NCBI GenBank assembly: GCA_038896555.1
Contig: JAWACZ010000004.1
Span: 4,792-68,791, forward strand
Origin: Candidatus Caldarchaeum sp.
GTDB taxonomy: Archaea > Thermoproteota > Nitrososphaeria_A > Caldarchaeales > Caldarchaeaceae
Direction: 5' to 3'
DNA: 64,000 nucleotides
The notes beneath the pieces were generated by a model that saw only the letters and a program-made list of their open reading frames with translations, had not been told where the DNA came from and did no database searches. A program made the translations under genes and the position numbers. Below, piece after piece: positions 1 to 8,680 of the stretch. How positions within the stretch are numbered: position 1 is the stretch's first letter; every line of letters begins with the position of its first letter.

Positions 1-109
1 GCATTTCACGGACTTTTACCGCAGGATTCTCTCTGATTATTTTGTCGGTTCTGTCGACATCCTCACGGCCTAGCTTTCGCCTAAACTTAATCAACGTTAC
101 GAAATGCAT
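1..109 (-). CDS. Partial CDS (runs off window edge), possibly GYD-domain protein
   Basis: Manual translation from ATG at 109: MHFVTLIKFRRKLGREDVDRTDKIIRENPAVKVREM..., open to the edge; resembles GYD-family N-termini. Confidence 0.45.
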   Translation of the reverse strand, partial: MHFVTLIKFRRKLGREDVDRTDKIIRENPAVKVREM

Positions 110-184
110 GAATTTTATCTGTATTGGATGCAATTATGTGTTTCGCCCGCAACGTTGATATACCCTGGCCCCCAGACATAACTA

Positions 185-451
185 ATGCCCTACATAACCC
201 GTGAGGAGAGAGCCGAGCTTGACAAGGAGGTTGAAGCCCTCGTGAAGAAGCTGGCTGCAGCCCCGCCTGAAAAGATGGACGGAAGGCTCAACTACGTGAT
301 AACACGTCTGCTGGCACAACTCTATCCGCCGGGCTACTTCAACTACAACAGGGCCATGGGAGTTCTTTCGTCAGTAGCTCACGAATACTACAGACGACGC
401 GTAGCCCCCTACGAGGACGAAAAGATTAAACAGAACGGCGACGTATACTAG
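185..451 (+). CDS. Small conserved hypothetical protein (DUF6899-like)
   Basis: 88 aa; MPYI...G.LNY.IT...YYRRRVAPYEDEKI..NGDV pattern. Confidence 0.7.
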   Translation: MPYITREERAELDKEVEALVKKLAAAPPEKMDGRLNYVITRLLAQLYPPGYFNYNRAMGVLSSVAHEYYRRRVAPYEDEKIKQNGDVY

Positions 452-486
452 CTAAGCTATATATCGCCTACAAATGATTAACAGCC

Positions 487-1476
487 ATGGCCGAGCAGGA
501 GACTGAAATAGACCATGCAAGGCTTCTGACTTTCTTCAGAAAAATGGTTGAGATAAGGCTTTTCGAGGAAAGGGTTGAAAAGCTTTATCGCGAGGGCAGG
601 ATAGCCGGTCCAACACATCTCTACATAGGTCAGGAGGCGGTCGCGGTGGGTGTGATCGAAGCTCTCGACAAAGATGACGTAATAATCTCAACCTACAGGG
701 GGCATGGACACGGCTTGGCGAGAGGCGTTCCCATGCGGGCTGTTTTGGGCGAAATAATGGGAAAGTCTGTTGGAACATGCAAAGGCCTTGGAGGCTCTAT
801 GCATGCTCCAATAAGCGTTGAGAGGAAGATACTGTTTGCCACAGCAATAGTTGGCAGCGGTCTCCCAATAGCTGTCGGCGTGGCACTAGGGTTTAAACAA
901 CGTGGCGAAAAGAATTTGGCAGCAGTGTTTTTCGGCGACGGAGCCGTCAACACAGGAGCCTTCCACGAAGCATTGAATTTAGCGGCTGTCTGGAGTCTTC
1001 CAGTCCTATTCGTCTGCGAAAACAACCTTTACGCAATGAGCACAGCTCTTTCCAGAACCTTCGCCGGAGAAAGCATAGCCGCTCGAAGCTCGAGCTATGG
1101 GCTCAAAACCTTCACAGTCATGGGTAACGACGCCGTCGAAGTATACACCACAACACGTTCAGCAGCCTCATACATACGTGAAGGACGGGGTCCTGCTTTC
1201 ATCGAATGCAGAACATACCGTCAGAAAGGACACGGCGGATATGACTTGGGAACATGGTATAGACCGAGGGAGGAGATTGAAGAATGGCTGGTGAAAGACC
1301 CTATAGAGCTGTTGTTCAACCGTTTGAAGGCGGATGGGTTGCTCGACGAGCAGAGAAGAAAAGCGCTGGAACAGGATGTTAACAAGATGATTGACGGCGT
1401 CGTTGAGGAAGTGCTCAACGCCCCCTTAACCGATTTCAGGGTTTTGGAAGAGCTTGTCTACTCATCGAAAAGGTGA
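487..1476 (+). CDS. TPP-dependent 2-oxoacid/acetoin dehydrogenase E1 alpha subunit
   Basis: HLYIGQEA, YRGHGH, GDGA...NN TPP-binding motif. Confidence 0.92.
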   Translation: MAEQETEIDHARLLTFFRKMVEIRLFEERVEKLYREGRIAGPTHLYIGQEAVAVGVIEALDKDDVIISTYRGHGHGLARGVPMRAVLGEIMGKSVGTCKGLGGSMHAPISVERKILFATAIVGSGLPIAVGVALGFKQRGEKNLAAVFFGDGAVNTGAFHEALNLAAVWSLPVLFVCENNLYAMSTALSRTFAGESIAARSSSYGLKTFTVMGNDAVEVYTTTRSAASYIREGRGPAFIECRTYRQKGHGGYDLGTWYRPREEIEEWLVKDPIELLFNRLKADGLLDEQRRKALEQDVNKMIDGVVEEVLNAPLTDFRVLEELVYSSKR

Positions 1477-1482
1477 AAGGCC

Positions 1483-2481
1483 ATGGGTGTTAGGGAGATC
1501 ACATACGTGGAAGCCTTGAACGAAGCTTTGAAGGAGGAGATGCGTCGAGACAGTTCTGTGATAGTTTTCGGTGAAGAAGTAGCTTTTGCCGGAGGCGTCT
1601 ACAAGGTGACCAAAGACCTTCTGAAAGAGTTCGGCCCTACAAGGGTTATGGACACGCCGATATCGGAGATAGCCATAGTAGGTGCTGCGATAGGGGCTGC
1701 GTTGAATGGTTTGAGGCCTGTCGCTGAGCTTATGTTTTTCGACTTCGCCGGCATAGCCTTTGACCAGATAGTGACGCATGCTTCTAAGATTCGTTTCACA
1801 TCGGGAGGGCAGGTCAAGCTATCTCTAGTTATCCGCACCCAGTACAGCCTTGGACGTTCATACGGTAGTCAGCACACGCAGTTTCTGACGGCTTCCTTTA
1901 TGCAGGCGCCTGGGCTGAAAATAGTTCTTCCATCGACGCCCTATGACGCAAAAGGCCTCCTCAAGTCTGCAATCCGCGATGACGACCCCGTTCTCTTCAT
2001 AGAATCTGGCGCACTCTACGTCAACAGGAGCTACTATGGATATAAAGGGCCCGTACCCGAGGAAGAATATTTGCTCCCAATAGGTAAAGCCGACGTCAAG
2101 GCTGAGGGGGATGATGTGACTGTTGTCGCTTTGTCGCGAACGGTGTCTGAGGCCATGGCTGCCGCCGGTCAGCTGAAAGAAGAGGGGTTGAAGGCCGAGG
2201 TAGTGGACCTGAGGACGGTTCAGCCGATGGATTACGAGACTGTCTTAAGGTCTGTAAGGAAGACGAACCGCTTAATCATAGCGGAGGACAGCGTAAAAAC
2301 CTGCGGCGTGTCGGCGGAGATAGCTGCATATGTTGCGGAAAACGCCCTAGACGCCCTTGAAGCCCCTGTGATAAGGCTTAACTCCCCACCCATGCCGGCA
2401 CCGCAATCACAGCCTCTCGAAAGACAGTATATGGTTACTGCTGACAAGATAGTTGAGGCCGTCAGAAAACTTTGTCTCTAG
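1483..2481 (+). CDS. 2-oxoacid/acetoin dehydrogenase E1 beta subunit
   Basis: DTPISE, PSTPYDAKGLLKSAIRDDDPV, EVVDLRT motifs; follows E1 alpha. Confidence 0.92.
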   Translation: MGVREITYVEALNEALKEEMRRDSSVIVFGEEVAFAGGVYKVTKDLLKEFGPTRVMDTPISEIAIVGAAIGAALNGLRPVAELMFFDFAGIAFDQIVTHASKIRFTSGGQVKLSLVIRTQYSLGRSYGSQHTQFLTASFMQAPGLKIVLPSTPYDAKGLLKSAIRDDDPVLFIESGALYVNRSYYGYKGPVPEEEYLLPIGKADVKAEGDDVTVVALSRTVSEAMAAAGQLKEEGLKAEVVDLRTVQPMDYETVLRSVRKTNRLIIAEDSVKTCGVSAEIAAYVAENALDALEAPVIRLNSPPMPAPQSQPLERQYMVTADKIVEAVRKLCL

Positions 2482-2723
2482 ATTTTCTGGATCTCCGCTA
2501 TTACCTCCCCCACACTGACCTCGTCCCCAACCTTGTGAAGTATCCTGACTATTTTGCCGTCCACCTCTGAAGGGATCTCAACAGCGGCTTTCTCCGTCTC
2601 AACGATGACTACGACCTCGCCCTTTTTTACTTGGTCGCCCTCCTTTTTCAGCCATTCAACTATCTTGCCCGACTCCATCGCAACATCTATCCTAGGCAGT
2701 ATGAGCTTATACAGCTCGGACAT
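2478..2723 (-). CDS. Stand-alone lipoyl-domain protein
   Basis: 81 aa; G.IVEWLKKEGDQV...VETEKA (lipoyl-lysine turn); no E2 catalytic domain. Confidence 0.88.
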   Translation of the reverse strand: MSELYKLILPRIDVAMESGKIVEWLKKEGDQVKKGEVVVIVETEKAAVEIPSEVDGKIVRILHKVGDEVSVGEVIAEIQKI

Positions 2724-2812
2724 GATCCTCTCAGGTTGTTTAAATAAGGCAGTTTATAAACCAGTATTACTTATTTAGGCTTAACAGCGTCAGAGTCTTA
2801 TACCTAGCCGCC

Positions 2813-2944
2813 ATGTTAGCTGTGGTGGTGTTCATGGCCAGCCTTGACACTTTGATAAGCTTAATGATACTTGCCGTGTTGTGTTACGAAACATGGCTGA
2901 TGCATAAACTTTACAGGAGCGAGAACGGACGTAGGTCTAGGTGA
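2813..2944 (+). CDS. Putative small single-TM membrane protein (36-43 aa)
   Basis: Manual translation MLAVVVFMASLDTLISLMILAVLCYETWLMHKLYRSENGRRSR; fills the gap; GGTGGTG precedes alternative ATG at 2834. Confidence 0.4.
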   Translation: MLAVVVFMASLDTLISLMILAVLCYETWLMHKLYRSENGRRSR

Positions 2945-3257
2945 TGACGCAGCGGCGGCCGTCAAACTCGATGTTTTCATAAAACGTAACAATCCAGCCT
3001 CTGTCAACCGTCTGGCCTTCCTCAGGTTTTAGGAAGGCTATCAGCCCGTAAGCCGTGGACTTGATGACAAGCTCCTGTGCCACAAACTCCTCCTCCAAAA
3101 CAAACTTTCTACCCTGGATTCTCCCAACGCCCACCAGCCATCCCGGCTGGTCTTCGCCGAACTTCTTCCAGTAGTTTATTCTGACGGCTTTACGGCTGCT
3201 GACAAGGCTTAAAGCCTCCTCGGGCAGCAGTACGTCTTCGTAGACATACGTAGGCAT
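2937..3257 (-). CDS. Hypothetical protein
   Basis: 106 aa ORF with normal composition, fills gap. Confidence 0.65.
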   Translation of the reverse strand: MPTYVYEDVLLPEEALSLVSSRKAVRINYWKKFGEDQPGWLVGVGRIQGRKFVLEEEFVAQELVIKSTAYGLIAFLKPEEGQTVDRGWIVTFYENIEFDGRRCVIT

Positions 3258-3314
3258 GGTGAAATGGCTGGTTTTCGGTCGTTTTTAAAGTAATATCCCG
3301 CTTGAACAAATTAC

Positions 3315-4026
3315 ATGCGTTTTGACGTTGTTGTCGTGGGCGGCGGGTCTACAGGCGCTTCGATACCTATGCAAAATCGGCTGCGAACGAAGGATGTGTT
3401 CTGATGGAGTCTTGCGAGGTTAAAGGAGTGAGGATGGCCGGCAACCGTTTCGAACAGCTTTTAACCACCCGCGGCGATCTTGAGGCAGGCTTGGTTGTTA
3501 TCACTACAGGCGTATGGTGTAACAGTTTTTTGGAGCAGGCCTGAGTGTTTCCAAGGACAGCATCTTGTCGTAGGAGACCTTCCCTATAACTATTACATGC
3601 GGCCGTTTGGAGACGGCCAGACATACATGGGCAGCATTAACCCAGACATGAGTAGGCAGGAAAAATACCCGCAACGACCTTTAAGCTAAAGTCGGCATCG
3701 ACACTGCAGCGCTGTACTGCGAAGCCGTGTCTAAAAGTTTTTCGATCATGGCTGAAGCGAGGATGGCCGACGGATGGATAGGGATTTACGACGTCACACC
3801 CCACTGGCACCCCATAATAGGGTATTCGAAAACCGTTCAAAACTTTTTCAACGCGGTGGGCTTGAGTGGTCACGGCTTTAAGCTATGTCCGGCCATAGGA
3901 ATGTTCGCAGGCGATATCATCCTAGAAAACAAACCCACCTAGTCGACCTAGGAGTTCTTCAGCGAAGAAAGGTTTGAGAAAGGCAGGCTTATCGGCGTAT
4001 CCTACAAGTAATGCGTCATATCTTGA
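3315..4026 (+). pseudogene. Degraded FAD-dependent amine/glycine/sarcosine oxidase (DAO family)
   Basis: Fragments in different frames: MRFDVVVVGGGSTGASI; GDLEAGLVVITTGVW; YYMRP; GIYDVTPHWHPIIG...GLSGHGFKLCPAIG; stops, frameshifts, shorter than intact family members. Confidence 0.8.
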
Positions 4027-4063
4027 GCACATTTTTAAGAAAGCATCAACAGATAATAGCCGC

Positions 4064-4164
4064 GCCCTGGTAGCTCAGCCTGGTGGAGCGCCCGCTTGGT
4101 AAGCGGTAGAACCCTTTAGGACGTAAGGGTGCCGAGGTCCGGGGTTCAAAGCCCCGCCAGGGCT
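4064..4164 (+). tRNA. tRNA-Thr(GGU) with 27-nt intron at 45/46 (4110-4136)
   Basis: Acceptor GCCCTGG/CCAGGGC, loop TT-GGT-AA, T-loop TTCAAAG; relaxed BHB CGGT-AGA / GCCG-AGG with ACCCTT/AAGGGT stem. Confidence 0.92.
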
Positions 4165-4209
4165 TAATCTCTCCCAACCTACTTTAAATAGAAAAACGCT
4201 TAGAGACGG

Positions 4210-4761
4210 TTGATGAACGAGCCCGACTGGCTTGTCATTCTTGTCGGCCACGGGCAGTTTCCCCTGGATATGCCCCATACCCTGCAAACCGAATATGTAA
4301 CGCTACTCCACAAACCTGACAGAACTCTTCAGGAGGAGCAGAGGCTTGCTGAGTTGACGAAAATTGTTCTGAGCTGGCCTAGAAGTGAGAGGAACGACCC
4401 TTACTGGTCGAGCGTTAGAAAGTTGGCGTTGCTTCTCGAACAAGCTCTCAAAGATAGTAAAGTAATGGTTGCTTTCAACGAGTTCTGTCCACCTCTCTTT
4501 GAAGAAGTGTTGGAAAACGCCTGCAAGTCAAACCATCAAAAGATTATGGTTTTGACGACCATGCTGATACCTGGGGGAGTTCACTCCGAGGTTGAGATAC
4601 CGAGGCTGATAGAAGATTTTAGCAGAAGGTATGGCAAGAAGATAGTTTATGTCTGGCCTGTCAGCGTGCAAAACTTAGTAGACCTTTACGTCAGAGAGAT
4701 TAAGGTCCGTTTAGGCAGCTCAGCCTCAGAAACCATGTTTAATAATTCACAGCGATTTTAA
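4210..4761 (+). CDS. CbiX/SirB-like chelatase family protein
   Basis: ILVGHG, AFNEFCPP, GGVHSEVEIP motifs. Confidence 0.75.
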   Translation: MMNEPDWLVILVGHGQFPLDMPHTLQTEYVTLLHKPDRTLQEEQRLAELTKIVLSWPRSERNDPYWSSVRKLALLLEQALKDSKVMVAFNEFCPPLFEEVLENACKSNHQKIMVLTTMLIPGGVHSEVEIPRLIEDFSRRYGKKIVYVWPVSVQNLVDLYVREIKVRLGSSASETMFNNSQRF

Positions 4762-4767
4762 ACAGTT

Positions 4768-5787
4768 GTGAAAGCCGCTGTAATGTATAGGGCGTTCGAC
4801 TTAAGGCTTGAGGAGATACCCGAGCCAGAGCTTGGGCCGGGAATGATGCTCGTGAGAGTGAAAGCCTGCGGGATATGTCCTGTAGATATACGTGTTTTCA
4901 ACGGAGAGGATGTTTGGGTCTCCCTTCCAGCCGCCGGGGTTTCGGGACATGAGATAGCTGGAGTTGTGGAGAAGGTTGGTGAAGGCGTGTTTACCCACAA
5001 GCCTGGCGACAGGGTAGCCGGCTCGCTCCACAAACCGTGCGGCCTCTGCAAATATTGTTTGACTGAAAGCGACAACCTCTGCTCCAACTCAGGTTTCTAC
5101 AAACCTCCTGTGTTCGGTTTTGCTGAATACGTTCTAGCATACCCTGACAAGATGCCTGTTTTCGGGGAGAGCCTAAGCTTCGAGGAGGCCGCTTTCACCG
5201 AGCCTTTGGCTTCATGCATCAACGCCGTCGAAAAATGTGGAGTAAAGCCTGGCGACTGGGTTGCTGTCGTAGGCGTCGGTCAGATAGGCCTAATGCATGT
5301 ACAGCTTGCGAAGCTTAAAGGTGCGAGGGTTGTAGCCATAGACCTTCTAGACGAGAGGCTGAGATTGGCTGAGAAACTCGGCGCCGATTACTCGGTTAAC
5401 AGCTCGGATAAAGACGCTGTCGAACAGTGCAGGCTTTTGACCAAGGATGATGGGTTTGACAAGGTTATTACATCTGTGGGAGGAGACGACGCCATACGTT
5501 TTGGGTTAAGCCTACTAGCGAAAAAAGGGATTATGAACATTTTCGCCTCAACCCATCCTAAAACAGAGATAAGCATAGACCCTAACACGATACATTACAA
5601 GGAAATAATCATCACGGGTACTTACGGCGGAACCAAAAAAGACTTCAAAACAGCCTTGACGCTAATCCAGCAAGGTGTTGTAAAAGTTAAACCTCTCATA
5701 ACCCACAGTCTGCCTCTTGAGAGAATCGTAGAAGGTTTGCAGCTCCACTCACAGAGAAAAAGTATTAAAGTAGTAATCACACCCTAG
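4768..5787 (+). CDS. Zn-dependent medium-chain (sorbitol/threonine-type) dehydrogenase
   Basis: CGIC..D, GHE, CGLCKYC...C Zn ligands, GVGQIG Rossmann motif. Confidence 0.9.
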   Translation: MKAAVMYRAFDLRLEEIPEPELGPGMMLVRVKACGICPVDIRVFNGEDVWVSLPAAGVSGHEIAGVVEKVGEGVFTHKPGDRVAGSLHKPCGLCKYCLTESDNLCSNSGFYKPPVFGFAEYVLAYPDKMPVFGESLSFEEAAFTEPLASCINAVEKCGVKPGDWVAVVGVGQIGLMHVQLAKLKGARVVAIDLLDERLRLAEKLGADYSVNSSDKDAVEQCRLLTKDDGFDKVITSVGGDDAIRFGLSLLAKKGIMNIFASTHPKTEISIDPNTIHYKEIIITGTYGGTKKDFKTALTLIQQGVVKVKPLITHSLPLERIVEGLQLHSQRKSIKVVITP

Positions 5788-5794
5788 CATCGCT

Positions 5795-6559
5795 GTGACC
5801 CTTGCCGGAAAAGCCATCCGTCTTAAACGCATATTCCAAGCCGACGGACGGAGCCTAATCTTTGCATTCGACCACGGTTCTTTCATGGGGCCGGTTAAGG
5901 GTTCTGAGAGGCCTTCGGAGATTCTCGCCAAAGTCGTGGCGGCTGGAGTCGACGCGGTGATGACAAGCCTGGGCTTGCTAAAGATGTACGCGTCCTCTCT
6001 GGCGAGGAAAAACTTGGGCTGGATACTGACTCTTCAAGACAAATCCCCCTCGACAATACCGTGGAGCGTCAAAGCAGCTTCGAACCATGGAGCCGACGCC
6101 GTCAAATATTTCGTCAAAATTGGAGGCGAAAACGAGCGGCAGGAGCTTGAGACGCTCTGGGCCCTGTCTGTTACGGCAGCCGATTATGGAATCCCTGTTC
6201 TCGCTGAGATGTATCCCGCCAAGCCGTCCATGGCTTCAGCGGTTGAAATCTCTAAAATGGCTAGAATAGGTGCCGAGTATGGGGCCGACTTCATAAAAAC
6301 TATGTACACCGGCGGTGTGGAAAGCTTCAGATACGTCGTCCGCTCGTGCCCTGTGCCGGTGGTTGTGCTGGGGGGCGAGTTTATGGAGTCTGACACAGAG
6401 GTTTTGCGGATGGTTTACGACAGCCTATCCGCCGGAGGAGCTGGGGTTGCTTTCGGCAGAAACATCTTCCAACACCCCAACCCTGAGAAAATCACAGAGG
6501 CTCTCTACGCGCTAATCCATGGAGGGCTTTCTCCTGAAAAGCTTTTGCCGCTGACCTAA
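5795..6559 (+). CDS. Class I DhnA/LsrF-type aldolase
   Basis: AFDHG, GADFIKT (Schiff-base Lys), VVVLGG, FGRNIFQH. Confidence 0.88.
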   Translation: MTLAGKAIRLKRIFQADGRSLIFAFDHGSFMGPVKGSERPSEILAKVVAAGVDAVMTSLGLLKMYASSLARKNLGWILTLQDKSPSTIPWSVKAASNHGADAVKYFVKIGGENERQELETLWALSVTAADYGIPVLAEMYPAKPSMASAVEISKMARIGAEYGADFIKTMYTGGVESFRYVVRSCPVPVVVLGGEFMESDTEVLRMVYDSLSAGGAGVAFGRNIFQHPNPEKITEALYALIHGGLSPEKLLPLT

Positions 6560-7197
6560 GCTTTGTCGCGTGGTCTGGAAGCTCTCACAATCCATGGAAC
6601 CCACACGCTGCTCAAAGCCTTCGCCCTGTGGATCGTGTTCAACACAACGACTGTGGGAGCTAAGCTGAACCCCATGTGAAGGACGTTATAGGCCGCTGTG
6701 AAAAGCAGAACCAGAAACAGGCCTTGTAGGTCTGATGCAAGACGTAGGCCGAGGAAGGCGGAAAGGGTTGCTGTCGCAAAGTTCAGAAACTCTGGAAACA
6801 TCACAACCAACACCACATAGTTTGCCGCGGTCATCACAACGACCCTTAACACCGTCCCGACAACCGCGCCGGCTCCAACCATCGGCCCCATGCCTCTCAA
6901 GCTCAGCAGACGTGACCCTGCCCAAAAGCCTGCAACAGACGACAAAACCGCTAAGAACTTCATAGTAGGCCCTATAGGGGTGAACGCGCCCACCACAAGC
7001 AGCGCAAGATAGTAGATGAGCGCGGCCAGCATACCTGAAGAAGGTCCAAACCCAAGCAGGGCGATGAAGACAGGTATCTCAGCCGGGTCGAACCTGAGGT
7101 AGGGAACGGGGGGGAACGGGAAGCTCAGCGGCAGTACTGCGAGGACCAAGGCAAGAGCGGCCATAGAAGCCCCTGAGGTCAAAGACGTAAGCCTCAT
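6556..7197 (-). CDS. ECF transporter S component (RibU/PanT-like)
   Basis: Hydrophobic; P..PYLRFDPAEIP...GP..G signature. Confidence 0.8.
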   Translation of the reverse strand: MRLTSLTSGASMAALALVLAVLPLSFPFPPVPYLRFDPAEIPVFIALLGFGPSSGMLAALIYYLALLVVGAFTPIGPTMKFLAVLSSVAGFWAGSRLLSLRGMGPMVGAGAVVGTVLRVVVMTAANYVVLVVMFPEFLNFATATLSAFLGLRLASDLQGLFLVLLFTAAYNVLHMGFSLAPTVVVLNTIHRAKALSSVWVPWIVRASRPRDKA

Positions 7198-7346
7198 CTC
7201 CGATGACGGCCGGATGCTTCCTTTTTATTAAACGATGCGTAGCTACAAACAACCTTAGTTGACATGTTAGCCAGGACGTGGGCAAGGCGATTAACTTTGG
7301 TGTTCCCGCCATCCCTTAAATAGAATTTGTTCGATTTCCCAGGAAG

Positions 7347-8504
7347 ATGAATGTAGCGGACATAATGTTAACCGACTTTCCACGGGTTTACGACAACGAG
7401 CCTTTAACGAAGGTTCTAGGCCTGTTTGCTGAGAAGAAAGCCGATGTAGTTGTTGTTCAGAACAAGGAAAACGACAGGCTTGTCGGTGTTGTTACCAAAA
7501 GGTCTATGCTCAAGCCGAACCTTAACCCTTCAAAGGTTCCAGCGAGGACGTTGGCTGTAAAAACCCCACGGTTAAACCCGGAGGACGCGCTACACAAGGC
7601 TGCTAAGTTTATGATTGAAAGGAACATGAAGGCCTTGCCTGTAACCGACTCAGGAAAACCTTTAGGACTTGTGACGGTGGCAGACGTGGTTCTAAACTCT
7701 CACGATGCTTTGAGAAAAATAAGCGTGTCAAAAGTGATGACACGTGAGGTGATATCCATTGACGCTAAGGACACGATAGGAAGAGCTATATCTGTGATGC
7801 GTGACGAAGGCGTTTCAAGGCTTCCGGTTCTGGACAGAGAGAGGCTCGTGGGGATTGTTACAGTTACTGACATCGTTGAGAAGGTTGTCAAACCTCGGTT
7901 GAAAAATTCCTGGGGTGATGTTGTTGGCGAAAAAGTCAGAACCCTCAGCAACCCTGTGAAAAGCATTATGACAAGGGATGTCATGACGGTTCAGCCTTCT
8001 GAAAACATAGTTGAGGCAGTACGCAGGATGAAGGAGCATGGGTTCTCTTGTTTGGTTGTTACAGAGAGGCATAGAGTGGTTGGTATCTTTACTTTAATGG
8101 ATGCTTTGGAGCCCGTCGTGGCGCAGCTTCAAGAGACCGAGAGAAACATAGTTGTGGAGGTTAGCTACAAGATGGACAGAGTTGACGTGGATGATAAGGA
8201 GCGGGTGATGGAGGTTGCCGACCGTTTCGTAAAAAGGTTTAGGAAAACGCTTGGTAACGGCGTCCTCAGCCTTTATTTCAAGGAGCACAGGGAGAGACAT
8301 GGCGACCTGAGGCTGATACACTGCAGGGCACGGCTCAACTCCGACAGGTTTCAGTTCGTAGGCGTTGGAGAGGCTTGGCGACCAGACCTAGCGGCTCGGA
8401 CAGCTTTGAAAGTTATTGAAAGACAGTTTCTCGTGAAGAAAGAGCTTGCGTCCCAGTATCCTTTTGGAAGAGAGTTTTTCGAAAGCCTTGCCGAATCCTA
8501 CTGA
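7347..8504 (+). CDS. Four-CBS-domain protein with C-terminal HPF/RaiA-like domain
   Basis: Four CBS repeats, then ~110-aa tail with beta-alpha-beta-beta-beta-alpha pattern. Confidence 0.75.
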   Translation: MNVADIMLTDFPRVYDNEPLTKVLGLFAEKKADVVVVQNKENDRLVGVVTKRSMLKPNLNPSKVPARTLAVKTPRLNPEDALHKAAKFMIERNMKALPVTDSGKPLGLVTVADVVLNSHDALRKISVSKVMTREVISIDAKDTIGRAISVMRDEGVSRLPVLDRERLVGIVTVTDIVEKVVKPRLKNSWGDVVGEKVRTLSNPVKSIMTRDVMTVQPSENIVEAVRRMKEHGFSCLVVTERHRVVGIFTLMDALEPVVAQLQETERNIVVEVSYKMDRVDVDDKERVMEVADRFVKRFRKTLGNGVLSLYFKEHRERHGDLRLIHCRARLNSDRFQFVGVGEAWRPDLAARTALKVIERQFLVKKELASQYPFGREFFESLAESY

Positions 8505-8680
8505 CCCTCGCCCATATCTTTCAACATTGCAAAGTAGTCTTCTTCATCCATCTCAACGATAAAAGAGCCCACATACCCGCATGAAACACATCTGTAGACT
8601 TTCCCCAAATATCCGCCGAGGTAGAGGTCGAGGGTTGTTTTCCTACATACGGGACAGACCTGGACGTTTTTCTTTTTCAC
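8498..8680 (-). CDS. Small zinc-ribbon protein
   Basis: 60 aa; CPVC...YRCVSCGY; start overlaps the Mrp stop (GTGA). Confidence 0.75.
   Translation of the reverse strand: MKKKNVQVCPVCRKTTLDLYLGGYLGKVYRCVSCGYVGSFIVEMDEEDYFAMLKDMGEGQ

Noticed and set aside
7198..7346. Riboswitch upstream of the ECF S component
   Set aside because: No TPP or FMN consensus recognised; consistent with two divergent promoters
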